Source of the DNA: the human T2T-CHM13v2.0 reference genome, Homo sapiens | Length of the DNA: 64,000 nucleotides | Direction: 5' to 3' (one strand) | Assembly (NCBI RefSeq): GCF_009914755.1 | Contig: NC_060948.1 | In this document: positions 1 to 22,133 of the stretch, piece by piece | Numbering within the stretch: the stretch's first letter is position 1 | Layout of the letters: each line of letters begins with the position of its first letter | The notes under the pieces: model-generated | The model's database searches: none | The model's input: only the letters and a program-made list of their open reading frames with translations | What the model was told of the DNA's origin: nothing | Program-made: the position numbers and the translations under genes

Positions 1-51
1 GACATATAAAATATATGAGGTTATATGTTACATATAAGGCATAGCACATAA

Positions 52-366
<315 letters not shown>

Positions 367-935
367 AGATCCATATTTTTTAAATGAAAAAAAATTTCAA
401 AGGTACTCTGCTTGGTACAATAATCAAATGTATAAACTGAGGAATAAAACATAACCATGAAACCTACTTATAACTGCATATGGAAAATACAGAGGATAAT
501 TTTTTAAATAACATATTTTGAAAGCCTTAACTAGTAATTTGAAGAGTTGGCATTTGAAAGGCCAGTATGAATATACCTTCAAAGCAGCAACACAGGTTCC
601 CCATGAGAAAAAGCAAACACAGGGAAAATAAAAACACAAAGGTTCAATCTCTTCTGACCTTTGAAAGACACAGCACAGACAGTGGTCCTTAGGACGAAGA
701 GCAGGAGACCCCTAATACCGTCACCATGGCGATAGGGCATAAACATTGCTGGGTGAGGGCACAATCCACATTGTGAGGTCCAACTGCTGCCAGGAAGACA
801 GGAGTGCTTTTTTACATAGACCGAAAGGTCATTGAAGGCTCAGAGTTTTGTTTCAAGAACTGAATCCCAAGCCCACACGTAATTAGGCTGCGCTTCTTAA
901 AACAAGTTATGAGATGGGAAAAAGGGCACCCACAA
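367..935. repeat. HSATI-type mixed-sequence core of the unit (representative; same offset in all 27 units)
   Basis: Non-Alu, non-simple segment between the Alu 5' end and the start of the TA-rich tract, nearly invariant between units. The name comes from the known DYZ2 composition; boundaries are approximate. Confidence 0.75.
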
Positions 936-2788
<1,853 letters not shown>

Positions 2789-4886
2789 AGATCCATATTT
2801 TTTAAATGAAAAAAAATTTCAAAGGTACTCTGCTTGGTACAATAATCAAATGTATAAACTGAGGAATAAAACATAACCATGAAACCTACTTATAACTGCA
2901 TATGGAAAATACAGAGGATAATTTTTTAAATAACATATTTTGAAAGCCTTAACTAGTAATTTGAAGAGTTGGCATTTGAAAGGCCAGTATGAATATACCT
3001 TCAAAGCAGCAACACAGGTTCCCCATGAGAAAAAGCAAACACAGGGAAAATAAAAACACAAAGGTTCAATCTCTTCTGACCTTTGAAAGACACAGCACAG
3101 ACAGTGGTCCTTAGGACGAAGAGCAGGAGACCCCTAATTCCGTCACCATGGCGATAGGGCATAAACATTGCTGGGTGAGGGCACAATCCACATTGTGAGG
3201 TCCAACTGCTGCCAGGAAGACAGGAGTGCTTTTACATAGACCGAAAGGTCATTGAAGGCTCAGAGTTTTGTTTCAAGAACTGAATCCCAAGCCCACACGT
3301 TATTAGGCTGCGCTTCTTAAAACAAGTTATGAGATGGGAAAAAGGGCACCCACAAACATACGTATACATTATGTATATAATAATATACAGTATCATATAT
3401 ATAATATATATAACCTATGTATAATATTGTTTTACATCCTGCATCTTATGTTATATATATTGTATAAAATATAATAATTGATAATATATAAGTTTTATAA
3501 TTATACAATATGACATATAGTATATATTATAATTTATGACATATATAATATATGTTATATATCATATATAGAATATATTATACGGTTAATATACGTATTA
3601 AATATAAATTATACATTATATATATTATATATAATATATCTGTTATATATAATACCCATTATGCATAATATATATATTATGTCTATGTTATATATAGTAT
3701 AAAACAACATATAATAATATATAATTGTATATATAAAATGCGACATATAATATATATTATATTTTATAACATATGTAATATATATTATATATAATACGTT
3801 GTATGTATAATACCTATATTAAATATATATTATATGACTATGTTATTAATTACATGTCACATGTGTTATATATTATATATTTTACATAGAATATACCGGT
3901 TACATACAATATATACTATGTTACCTATAATGTATAATTTATTACATGTAAAATAAAGAATGCAATATATTATGTATAATTTATAATATACAATATGTGG
4001 AATGTGATATATATAACATATAATATATGATATATGATATACAGTATATGATATATAACATACAATATATGATTCCTAATATATATGGTATACAATATAT
4101 ATTTTATGATATGTATTCTATATGTTTTATATTCTGTTATATATAACTATTTGAAATTATATATAACTGTATAATATTTTATGTAAATATGTAATATAAT
4201 ATATATAACTATATAATATATTATATATAACTATATATTATGTTATATATACTTTTATAACATAATTTACATAAAATATCATAATATAATATATATTATA
4301 TTATTTCATATTACATAATATATATTACATATCACCCAATATAACTAACATACATAATATTATAATATAGATTATATTGTGTTATATTAAATATCATATA
4401 TATCATGTATCATATATTCTATAATATATATTACACATTATATAATATGTATGTTGTCTATTATGTGATATATATAACTCTATATATAATTATATTTTTA
4501 TACATATAACTAGATAAACATGTAATTCTACATATTTTCATTTATAATATGCAGAATTATATAATCATATATAATTATTTATATTCTATAAAAAATTTTA
4601 TCATTATATAAATTATAATATATAAAAATTATAATATGTACTACAAATATATATATTATATATCATATATGATATAGTACCTTTGTTATATATCATAATA
4701 CATATAAATGTGTATTATGTTATCAATAATTATATAATTTCATATATAAGATGTATAATATGCATCATATATTATATATGTTATGTAATATATATAGTAT
4801 ATATAAGATGACACAGGATAAATATTATATACTATGACATATAAAATATATGAGGTTATATGTTACATATAAGGCATAGCACATAA

Positions 4887-5201
<315 letters not shown>

Positions 5202-7306
5202 AGATCCATATTTTTTAAATGAAAAAAAATTTCAAAGGTACTCTGCTTGGTACAATAATCAAATGTATAAACTGAGGAATAAAACATAACCATGAAACCT
5301 GCTTATAACTGCATATGGAAAATACAGAGGATAATTTTTTAAATAACATATTTTGAAAGCCTTAACTAGTAATTTGAAGAGTTGGCATTTGAAAGGCCAG
5401 TATGAATATACCTTCAAAGCAGCAACACAGGTTCCCCATGAGAAAAAGCAAACACAGAGAAAATAAAAACACAAAGGTTCAATCTCTTCTGACCTTTGAA
5501 AGACACAGCACAGACAGTGGTCCTTAGGACGAAGAGCAGGAGACCCCTAATTCCGTCACCATGGCGATAGGGCATAAACATTGCTGGGTGAGGGCACAAT
5601 CCACATTGTGAGGTCCAACTGCTGCCAGGAAGACAGGAGTGCTTTTACATAGACCGAAAGGTCATTGAAGGCTCAGAGTTTTGTTTCAAGAACTGAATCC
5701 CAAGCCCACACGTTATTAGGCTGCGCTTCTTAAAACAAGTTATGAGATGGGAAAAAGGGCACCCACAAACATACGTATACATTATGTATATAATAATATA
5801 CAGTATCACATATATAATATATATAACCTATGTATAATATTGTTTTACATCCTGCATCTTATGTTATATATATTGTATAAAATATAATAATTGATAATAT
5901 ATAAGTTTTATAATTATACAATATGACATATAGTATATATTATAATTTATGACATATATAATATATGTTATATGTCATATATAGAATATATTATAGGGTT
6001 AATATACGTATTAAATATATATTATACATTATATATATTATATATAATATATCTGTTATATATAATACCCATTATGCATAATATATATATTATGTCTATG
6101 TTATATATAGTATAAAACAACATATAATAATATATAATTGTATATATAAAATGCGACATATAATATATATTATATTTTATAACATATGTAATATATATTA
6201 TATATTATCTATAATACGTTGTATGTATAATACCTATATTAAATATATATTATATGACTATGTTATTAATTACATGTCACATGTGTTATATATTATATAT
6301 TTTACATAGAATATACCGGTTACATACAATATATACTATGTTACCTATAATGTATAATTTATTACATGTAAAATAAAGAATGCAATATATTATGTATAAT
6401 TTATAATATACAATATGTGGAATGTGATATATATAACATATAATATATGATATATGATATACAGTATATGATATATAACATACAATATATGATTCCTAAT
6501 ATATATGGTATACAATATATATTTTATGATATGTATTCTATATGTTTTATATTCTGTTATATATAACTATTTGAAATTATATATAACTGTATAATATTTT
6601 ATGTAAATATGTAATATAATATATATAACTATATAATATATTATATATAACTATATATTATGTTATACATACTTTTATAACATAATTTACATAAAATATC
6701 ATAATATAATATATATTATATTATTTCATATTACATAATATATATTACATATCACCCAATATAACTAACATACATAATATTATAATATAGATTATATTGT
6801 GTTATATTAAATATCATATATATCATGTATCATATATTCTATAATATATATTACACATTATATAATATGTATGTTGTCTATTATGTGATATATATAACTC
6901 TATATATAATTATATTTTTATACATATAACTAGATAAACATGTAATTCTACATATTTTCATTTATAATATGTAGAATTATATAATCATATATAATTATTT
7001 ATATTCTATAAAAAATTTTATCATTATATAAATTATAATATATAAAAATTATAATATGTACTACAAATATATATATTATATATCATATATGATATAGTAC
7101 CTTTGTTATATATCATAATACATATAAATGTGTATTATGTTAACTATAATTATATAATTTCATATATAAGATGTATAATATGTATCATATATTATATATG
7201 TTATGTAATATATACAGTATATATAAGATGACACAGGATAAATATTATATACTATGACATATAAAATATATGAGGTTATATGTTACATATAAGGCATAGC
7301 ACATAA

Positions 7307-7621
<315 letters not shown>

Positions 7622-9726
7622 AGATCCATATTTTTTAAATGAAAAAAAATTTCAAAGGTACTCTGCTTGGTACAATAATCAAATGTATAAACTGAGGAAT
7701 AAAACATAACCATGAAACCTACTTATAACTGCATATGGAAAATACAGAGGATAATTTTTTAAATACCATATTTTGAAAGCCTTAACTAGTAATTTGAAGA
7801 GTTGGCATTTGAAAGGCCAGTATGAATATACCTTCAAAGCAGCAACACAGGTTCCCCATGAGAAAAAGCAAACACAGGGGAAATAAAAACACAAAGGTTC
7901 AATCTCTTCTGACCTTTGAAAGACACGGCACAGACAGTGGTCCTTAGGACGAAGAGCAGGAGACCCCTAATTCCGTCACCATGGCGATAGGGCATAAACA
8001 TTGCTGGGTGAGGGCACAATCCACATTGTGAGGTCCAACTGCTGCCAGGAAGACAGGAGTGCTTTTACATAGACCGAAAGGTCATTGAAGGCTCAGAGTT
8101 TTGTTTCAAGAACTGAATCCCAAGCCCACACGTTATTAGGCTGCGCTTCTTAAAACAAGTTATGAGATGGGAAAAAGGGCACCCACAAACATACGTATAC
8201 ATTATGTATATAATAATATACAGTATCATATATATAATATATATAACCTATGTATAATATTGTTTTACATCCTGCATCTTATGTTATATATATTGTATAA
8301 AATATAATAATTGATAATATATAAGTTTTATAATTATACAATATGACATATAGTATATATTATAATTTATGACATATATAATATATGTTATATATCATAT
8401 ATAGAATATATTATACGGTTAATATACGTATTAAATATAAATTATACATTATATATATTATATATAATATATCTGTTATATATAATACCCATTATGCATA
8501 ATATATATATTATGTCTATGTTATATATAGTATAAAACAACATATAATAATATATAATTGTATATATAAAATGTGACATATAATATATATTATATTTTAT
8601 AACATATGTAATATATATTATATATTATATATAATACGTTGTATGTATAATACCTATATTAAATATATATTATATGACTATGTTATTAATTACATGTCAC
8701 ATGTGTTATATATTATATATTTTACATAGAATATACCGGTTACATAGAATATATACTATGTTACCTATAATGTATAATTTATTACATGTAAAATAAAGAA
8801 TGCAATATATTATGTATAATTTATAATATACAATATGTGGAATGTGATATATATAACATATAATATATGATATATGATATACAGTATATGATATATAACA
8901 TACAATATATGATTCCTAATATATATGGTATACAATATATATTTTATGATATGTATTCTATATGTTTTATATTCTGTTATATATAACTATTTGAAATTAT
9001 ATATAGCTGTATAATATTTTATGTAAATATGTAATATAATATATATAACTATATAATATATTATATATAACTATATATTATGTTATATATACTTTTATAA
9101 CATAATTTACATAAAATATCATAATATAATATATATTATATTATTTCATATTACATAGTATATATTACATATCACCCAATATAACTAACATACATAATAT
9201 TATAATATAGATTATATTGTGTTATATTAAATATCATATATATCATGTATCATATATTCTATAATATATATTACACATTATATAATATGTATGTTGTCTA
9301 TTATGTGATATATATAACTCTATATATAATTATATTTTTATACATATAACTAGATAAACATGTAATTCTACATATTTTCATTTATAATATGTAGAATTAT
9401 ATAATCATATATAATTATTTATATTCTATAAAAAATTTTATCATTATATAAATTATAATATATAAAAATTATAATATGTACTACAAATATATATATTATA
9501 TATCATATATGATATAGTACCTTTGTTATATATCATAATACATATAAATGTGTATTATGTTATCTATAATTATATAATTTCATATATAAGATGTATAATA
9601 TGTATCATATATTATATATGTTATGTAACATATACAGTATATATAAGATGACACAGGATAAATATTATATACTATGACATATAAAATATATGAGTTTATA
9701 TGTTACATATAAGGCATAGCACATAA

Positions 9727-10041
<315 letters not shown>

Positions 10042-12139
10042 AGATCCATATTTTTTAAATGAAAAAAAATTTCAAAGGTACTCTGCTTGGTACAATAATC
10101 AAATGTATAAACTGAGGAATAAAACATAACCATGAAACCTACTTATAACTGCATATGGAAAATACAGAGGATAATTTTTTAAATAACATATTTTGAAAGC
10201 CTTAACTAGTAATTTGAAGAGTTGGCATTTGAAAGGCCAGTATGAATATACCTTCAAAGCAGCAACACAGGTTCCCCATGAGAAAAAGCAAACACAGGGA
10301 AAATAAAAACACAAAGGTTCAATCTCTTCTGACCTTTGAAAGACACAGCACAGACAGTGGTCCTTAGGACGAAGAGCAGGAGACCCCTAATTCCGTCACC
10401 ATGGCGATAGGGCATAAACATTGCTGGGTGAGGGCACAATCCACATTGTGAGGTCCAACTGCTGCCAGGAAGACAGGAGTGCTTTTACATAGACCGAAAG
10501 GTCATTGAAGGCTCAGAGTTTTGTTTCAAGAACTGAATCCCAAGCCCACACGTTATTAGGCTGCGCTTCTTAAAACAAGTTATGAGATGGGAAAAAGGGC
10601 ACCCACAAACATACGTATACATTATGTATATAATAATATACAGTATCATATATATAATATATATAACCTATGTATAATATTGTTTTACATCCTGCATCTT
10701 ATGTTATATATATTGTATAAAATATAATAATTGATAATATATAAGTTTTATAATTATACAATATGACATATAGTATATATTATAATTTATGACATATATA
10801 ATATATGTTATATATCATATATAGAATATATTATACGGTTAATATACGTATTAAATATAAATTATACATTATATATATTATATATAATATATCTGTTATA
10901 TATAATACCCATTATGCATAATATATATATTATGTCTATGTTATATATAGTATAAAACAACATATAATAATATATAATTGTATATATAAAATGCGACATA
11001 TAATATATATTATATTTTATAACATATGTAATATATATTATATATAATACGTTGTATGTATAATACCTATATTAAATATATATTATATGACTATGTTATT
11101 AATTACATGTCACATGTGTTATATATTATATATTTTACATAGAATATACCGGTTACATACAATATATACTATGTTACCTATAATGTATAATTTATTACAT
11201 GTAAAATAAAGAATGCAATATATTATGTATAATTTATAATATACAATATGTGGAATGTGATATATATAACATATAATATATGATATATGATATACAGTAT
11301 ATGATATATAACATACAATATATGATTCCTAATATATATGGTATACAATATATATTTTATGATATGTATTCTATATGTTTTATATTCTGTTATATATAAC
11401 TATTTGAAATTATATATAACTGTATAATATTTTATGTAAATATGTAATATAATATATATAACTATATAATATATTATATATAACTATATATTATGTTATA
11501 TATACTTTTATAACATAATTTACATAAAATATCATAATATAATATATATTATATTATTTCATATTACATAATATATATTACATATCACCCAATATAACTA
11601 ACATACATAATATTATAATATAGATTATATTGTGTTATATTAAATATCATATATATCATGTATCATATATTCTATAATATATATTACACATTATATAATA
11701 TGTATGTTGTCTATTATGTGATATATATAACTCTATATATAATTATATTTTTATACATATAACTAGATAAACATGTAATTCTACATATTTTCATTTATAA
11801 TATGCAGAATTATATAATCATATATAATTATTTATATTCTATAAAAAATTTTATCATTATATAAATTATAATATATAAAAATTATAATATGTACTACAAA
11901 TATATATATTATATATCATATATGATATAGTACCTTTGTTATATATCATAATACATATAAATGTGTATTATGTTATCAATAATTATATAATTTCATATAT
12001 AAGATGTATAATATGCATCATATATTATATATGTTATGTAATATATATAGTATATATAAGATGACACAGGATAAATATTATATACTATGACATATAAAAT
12101 ATATGAGGTTATATGTTACATATAAGGCATAGCACATAA

Positions 12140-12454
<315 letters not shown>

Positions 12455-14559
12455 AGATCCATATTTTTTAAATGAAAAAAAATTTCAAAGGTACTCTGCT
12501 TGGTACAATAATCAAATGTATAAACTGAGGAATAAAACATAACCATGAAACCTGCTTATAACTGCATATGGAAAATACAGAGGATAATTTTTTAAATAAC
12601 ATATTTTGAAAGCCTTAACTAGTAATTTGAAGAGTTGGCATTTGAAAGGCCAGTATGAATATACCTTCAAAGCAGCAACACAGGTTCCCCATGAGAAAAA
12701 GCAAACACAGAGAAAATAAAAACACAAAGGTTCAATCTCTTCTGACCTTTGAAAGACACAGCACAGACAGTGGTCCTTAGGACGAAGAGCAGGAGACCCC
12801 TAATTCCGTCACCATGGCGATAGGGCATAAACATTGCTGGGTGAGGGCACAATCCACATTGTGAGGTCCAACTGCTGCCAGGAAGACAGGAGTGCTTTTA
12901 CATAGACCGAAAGGTCATTGAAGGCTCAGAGTTTTGTTTCAAGAACTGAATCCCAAGCCCACACGTTATTAGGCTGCGCTTCTTAAAACAAGTTATGAGA
13001 TGGGAAAAAGGGCACCCACAAACATACGTATACATTATGTATATAATAATATACAGTATCACATATATAATATATATAACCTATGTATAATATTGTTTTA
13101 CATCCTGCATCTTATGTTATATATATTGTATAAAATATAATAATTGATAATATATAAGTTTTATAATTATACAATATGACATATAGTATATATTATAATT
13201 TATGACATATATAATATATGTTATATGTCATATATAGAATATATTATAGGGTTAATATACGTATTAAATATAAATTATACATTATATATATTATATATAA
13301 TATATCTGTTATATATAATACCCATTATGCATAATATATATATTATGTCTATGTTATATATAGTATAAAACAACATATAATAATATATAATTGTATATAT
13401 AAAATGCGACATATAATATATATTATATTTTATAACATATGTAATATATATTATATATTATCTATAATACGTTGTATGTATAATACCTATATTAAATATA
13501 TATTATATGACTATGTTATTAATTACATGTCACATGTGTTATATATTATATATTTTACATAGAATATACCGGTTACATACAATATATACTATGTTACCTA
13601 TAATGTATAATTTATTACATGTAAAATAAAGAATGCAATATATTATGTATAATTTATAATATACAATATGTGGAATGTGATATATATAACATATAATATA
13701 TGATATATGATATACAGTATATGATATATAACATACAATATATGATTCCTAATATATATGGTATACAATATATATTTTATGATATGTATTCTATATGTTT
13801 TATATTCTGTTATATATAACTATTTGAAATTATATATAACTGTATAATATTTTATGTAAATATGTAATATAATATATATAACTATATAATATATTATATA
13901 TAACTATATATTATGTTATACATACTTTTATAACATAATTTACATAAAATATCATAATATAATATATATTATATTATTTCATATTACATAATATATATTA
14001 CATATCACCCAATATAACTAACATACATAATATTATAATATAGATTATATTGTGTTATATTAAATATCATATATATCATGTATCATATATTCTATAATAT
14101 ATATTACACATTATATAATATGTATGTTGTCTATTATGTGATATATATAACTCTATATATAATTATATTTTTATACATATAACTAGATAAACATGTAATT
14201 CTACATATTTTCATTTATAATATGTAGAATTATATAATCATATATAATTATTTATATTCTATAAAAAATTTTATCATTATATAAATTATAATATATAAAA
14301 ATTATAATATGTACTACAAATATATATATTATATATCATATATGATATAGTACCTTTGTTATATATCATAATACATATAAATGTGTATTATGTTAACTAT
14401 AATTATATAATTTCATATATAAGATGTATAATATGTATCATATATTATATATGTTATGTAATATATACAGTATATATAAGATGACACAGGATAAATATTA
14501 TATACTATGACATATAAAATATATGAGGTTATATGTTACATATAAGGCATAGCACATAA

Positions 14560-14874
<315 letters not shown>

Positions 14875-16979
14875 AGATCCATATTTTTTAAATGAAAAAA
14901 AATTTCAAAGGTACTCTGCTTGGTACAATAATCAAATGTATAAACTGAGGAATAAAACATAACCATGAAACCTACTTATAACTGCATATGGAAAATACAG
15001 AGGATAATTTTTTAAATACCATATTTTGAAAGCCTTAACTAGTAATTTGAAGAGTTGGCATTTGAAAGGCCAGTATGAATATACCTTCAAAGCAGCAACA
15101 CAGGTTCCCCATGAGAAAAAGCAAACACAGGGGAAATAAAAACACAAAGGTTCAATCTCTTCTGACCTTTGAAAGACACGGCACAGACAGTGGTCCTTAG
15201 GACGAAGAGCAGGAGACCCCTAATTCCGTCACCATGGCGATAGGGCATAAACATTGCTGGGTGAGGGCACAATCCACATTGTGAGGTCCAACTGCTGCCA
15301 GGAAGACAGGAGTGCTTTTACATAGACCGAAAGGTCATTGAAGGCTCAGAGTTTTGTTTCAAGAACTGAATCCCAAGCCCACACGTTATTAGGCTGCGCT
15401 TCTTAAAACAAGTTATGAGATGGGAAAAAGGGCACCCACAAACATACGTATACATTATGTATATAATAATATACAGTATCATATATATAATATATATAAC
15501 CTATGTATAATATTGTTTTACATCCTGCATCTTATGTTATATATATTGTATAAAATATAATAATTGATAATATATAAGTTTTATAATTATACAATATGAC
15601 ATATAGTATATATTATAATTTATGACATATATAATATATGTTATATATCATATATAGAATATATTATACGGTTAATATACGTATTAAATATAAATTATAC
15701 ATTATATATATTATATATAATATATCTGTTATATATAATACCCATTATGCATAATATATATATTATGTCTATGTTATATATAGTATAAAACAACATATAA
15801 TAATATATAATTGTATATATAAAATGTGACATATAATATATATTATATTTTATAACATATGTAATATATATTATATATTATATATAATACGTTGTATGTA
15901 TAATACCTATATTAAATATATATTATATGACTATGTTATTAATTACATGTCACATGTGTTATATATTATATATTTTACATAGAATATACCGGTTACATAG
16001 AATATATACTATGTTACCTATAATGTATAATTTATTACATGTAAAATAAAGAATGCAATATATTATGTATAATTTATAATATACAATATGTGGAATGTGA
16101 TATATATAACATATAATATATGATATATGATATACAGTATATGATATATAACATACAATATATGATTCCTAATATATATGGTATACAATATATATTTTAT
16201 GATATGTATTCTATATGTTTTATATTCTGTTATATATAACTATTTGAAATTATATATAACTGTATAATATTTTATGTAAATATGTAATATAATATATATA
16301 ACTATATAATATATTATATATAACTATATATTATGTTATATATACTTTTATAACATAATTTACATAAAATATCATAATATAATATATATTATATTATTTC
16401 ATATTACATAATATATATTACATATCACCCAATATAACTAACATACATAATATTATAATATAGATTATATTGTGTTATATTAAATATCATATATATCATG
16501 TATCATATATTCTATAATATATATTACACATTATATAATATGTATGTTGTCTATTATGTGATATATATAACTCTATATATAATTATATTTTTATACATAT
16601 AACTAGATAAACATGTAATTCTACATATTTTCATTTATAATATGTAGAATTATATAATCATATATAATTATTTATATTCTATAAAAAATTTTATCATTAT
16701 ATAAATTATAATATATAAAAATTATAATATGTACTACAAATATATATATTATATATCATATATGATATAGTACCTTTGTTATATATCATAATACATATAA
16801 ATGTGTATTATGTTATCTATAATTATATAATTTCATATATAAGATGTATAATATGTATCATATATTATATATGTTATGTAATATATATAGTATATATAAG
16901 ATGACACAGGATAAATATTATATACTATGACATATAAAATATATGAGGTTATATGTTACATATAAGGCATAGCACATAA

Positions 16980-17294
<315 letters not shown>

Positions 17295-19396
17295 AGATCC
17301 ATATTTTTTAAATGAAAAAAAATTTCAAAGGTACTCTGCTTGGTACAATAATCAAATGTATAAACTGAGGAATAAAACATAACCATGAAACCTGCTTATA
17401 ACTGCATATGGAAAATACAGAGGATAATTTTTTAAATAACATATTTTGAAAGCCTTAACTAGTAATTTGAAGAGTTGGCATTTGAAAGGCCAGTATGAAT
17501 ATACCTTCAAAGCAGCAACACAGGTTCCCCATGAGAAAAAGCAAACACAGGGAAAATAAAAACACAAAGGTTCAATCTCTTCTGACCTTTGAAAGACACA
17601 GCACAGACAGTGGTCCTTAGGACGAAGAGCAGGAGACCCCTAATTCCGTCACCATGGCGATAGGGCATAAACATTGCTGGGTGAGGGCACAATCCACATT
17701 GTGAGGTCCAACTGCTGCCAGGAAGACAGGAGTGCTTTTACATAGACCGAAAGGTCATTGAAGGCTCAGAGTTTTGTTTCAAGAACTGAATCCCAAGCCC
17801 ACACGTTATTAGGCTGCGCTTCTTAAAACAAGTTATGAGATGGGAAAAAGGGCACCCACAAACATACGTATACATTATGTATATAATAATATACAGTATC
17901 ACATATATAATATATATAACCTATGTATAATATTGTTTTACATCCTGCATCTTATGTTATATATATTGTATAAAATATAATAATTGATAATATATAAGTT
18001 TTATAATTATACAATATGACATATAGTATATATTATAATTTATGACATATATAATATATGTTATATGTCATATATAGAATATATTATAGGGTTAATATAC
18101 GTATTAAATATAAATTATACATTATATATATTATATATAATATATCTGTTATATATAATACCCATTATGCATAATATATATATTATGTCTATGTTATATA
18201 TAGTATAAAACAACATATAATAATATATAATTGTATATATAAAATGCGACATATAATATATATTATATTTTATAACATATGTAATATATATTATATATTA
18301 TCTATAATACGTTGTATGTATAATACCTATATTAAATATATATTATATGACTATGTTATTAATTACATGTCACATGTGTTATATATTATATATTTTACAT
18401 AGAATATACCGGTTACATACAATATATACTATGTTACCTATAATGTATAATTTATTACATGTAAAATAAAGAATGCAATATATTATGTATAATTTATAAT
18501 ATACAATATGTGGAATGTGATATATATAACATATAATATATGATATATGATATACAGTATATGATATATAACATACAATATATGATTCCTAATATATATG
18601 GTATACAATATATATTTTATGATATGTATTCTATATGTTTTATATTCTGTTATATATAACTATTTGAAATTATATATAACTGTATAATATTTTATGTAAA
18701 TATGTAATATAATATATATAACTATATAATATATTATATATAACTATATATTATGTTATACATACTTTTATAACATAATTTACATAAAATATCATAATAT
18801 AATATATATTATATTATTTCATATTACATAATATATATTACATATCACCCAATATAACTAACATACATAATATTATAATATAGATTATATTGTGTTATAT
18901 TAAATATCATATATATCATGTATCATATATTCTATAATATATATTACACATTATATAATATGTATGTTGTCTATTATGTGATATATATAACTATATATAA
19001 TTATATTTTTATACATATAACTAGATAAACATGTAATTCTACATATTTTCATTTATAATATGTAGAATTATATAATCATATATAATTATTTATATTCTAT
19101 AAAAATTTTATCATTATATAAATTATAATATATAAAAATTATAATATGTACTACAAATATATATATTATATATCATATATGATATAGTACCTTTGTTATA
19201 TATCATAATACATATAAATGTGTATTATGTTATCTATAATTATATAATTTCATATATAAGATGTATAATATGTATCATATATTATATATGTTATGTAATA
19301 TATATAGTATATATAAGATGACACAGGATAAATATTATATACTATGACATATAAAATATATGAGGTTATATGTTACATATAAGGCATAGCACATAA

Positions 19397-19711
<315 letters not shown>

Positions 19712-21818
19712 AGATCCATATTTTTTAAATGAAAAAAAATTTCAAAGGTACTCTGCTTGGTACAATAATCAAATGTATAAACTGAGGAATAAAACATAAC
19801 CATGAAACCTACTTATAACTGCATATGGAAAATACAGAGGATAATTTTTTAAATAACATATTTTGAAAGCCTTAACTAGTAATTTGAAGAGTTGGCATTT
19901 GAAAGGCCAGTATGAATATACCTTCAAAGCAGCAACACAGGTTCCCCATGAGAAAAAGCAAACACAGGGAAAATAAAAACACAAAGGTTCAATCTCTTCT
20001 GACCTTTGAAAGACACAGCACAGACAGTGGTCCTTAGGACGAAGAGCAGGAGACCCCTAATACCGTCACCATGGCGATAGGGCATAAACATTGCTGGGTG
20101 AGGGCACAATCCACATTGTGAGGTCCAACTGCTGCCAGGAAGACAGGAGTGCTTTTTTACATAGACCGAAAGGTCATTGAAGGCTCAGAGTTTTGTTTCA
20201 AGAACTGAATCCCAAGCCCACACGTAATTAGGCTGCGCTTCTTAAAACAAGTTATGAGATGGGAAAAAGGGCACCCACAAACATACGTATACATTATGTA
20301 TATAATAATATACAGTATCATATATATAATATATATAACCTATGTATAATATTGTTTTACATCCTGCATCTTATGTTATATATATTGTATAAAATATAAT
20401 AATTGATAATATATAAGTTTTATAATTATACAATATGACATATAGTATATATTATAATTTATGACATATATAATATATGTTATATATCATATATAGAATA
20501 TATTATACGGTTAATATACGTATTAAATATAAATTATACATTATATATATTATATATAATATATCTGTTATATATAATACCCATTATGCATAATATATAT
20601 ATTATGTCTATGTTATATATAGTATAAAACAACATATAATAATATATAATTGTATATATAAAATGTGACATATAATATATATTATATTTTATAACATATG
20701 TAATATATATTATATATTATATATAATACGTTGTATGTATAATACCTATATTAAATATATATTATATGACTATGTTATTAATTACATGTCACATGTGTTA
20801 TATATTATATATTTTACATAGAATATACCGGTTACATACAATATATACTATGTTACCTATAATGTATAATTTATTACATGTAAAATAAAGAATGCAATAT
20901 ATTATGTATAATTTATAATATACAATATGTGGAATGTGATATATATAACATATAATATATGATATATGATATACAGTATATGATATATAACATACAATAT
21001 ATGATTCCTAATATATATGGTATACAATATATATTTTATGATATGTATTCTATATGTTTTATATTCTGTTATATATAACTATTTGAAATTATATATAACT
21101 GTATAATATTTTATGTAAATATGTAATATAATATATATAACTATATAATATATTATATATAACTATATATTATGTTATATATACTTTTATAACATAATTT
21201 ACATAAAATATCATAATATAATATATATTATATTATTTCATATTACATAATATATATTACATATCACCCAATATAACTAACATACATAATATTATAATAT
21301 AGATTATATTGTGTTATATTAAATATCATATATATCATGTATCATATATTCTATAATATATATTACACATTATATAATATGTATGTTGTCTATTATGTGA
21401 TATATATAACTCTATATATAATTATATTTTTATACATATAACTAGATAAACATGTAATTCTACATATTTTCATTTATAATATGTAGAATTATATAATCAT
21501 ATATAATTATTTATATTCTATAAAAAATTTTATCATTATATAAATTATAATATATAAAAATTATAATATGTACTACAAATATATATATTATATATCATAT
21601 ATGATATAGTACCTTTGTTATATATCATAATACATATAAATGTGTATTATGTTATCTATAATTATATAATTTCATATATAAGATGTATAATATGTATCAT
21701 ATATTATATATGTTATGTAATATATACAGTATATATAAGATGACACAGGATAAATATTATATACTATGACATATAAAATATATGAGGTTATATGTTACAT
21801 ATAAGGCATAGCACATAA

Positions 21819-22133
<315 letters not shown>

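Noticed and set aside
424-764. Recurrent 71-aa and 61-aa minus-strand ORFs in nearly every unit
   Set aside because: They are short and overlapping, resemble no protein family I recognise, and recur only because the DNA is repeated. The 71-aa ORF is broken or shortened in several units (e.g. U11, U16, U17, U25-U27), and variants show no sign of coding constraint.
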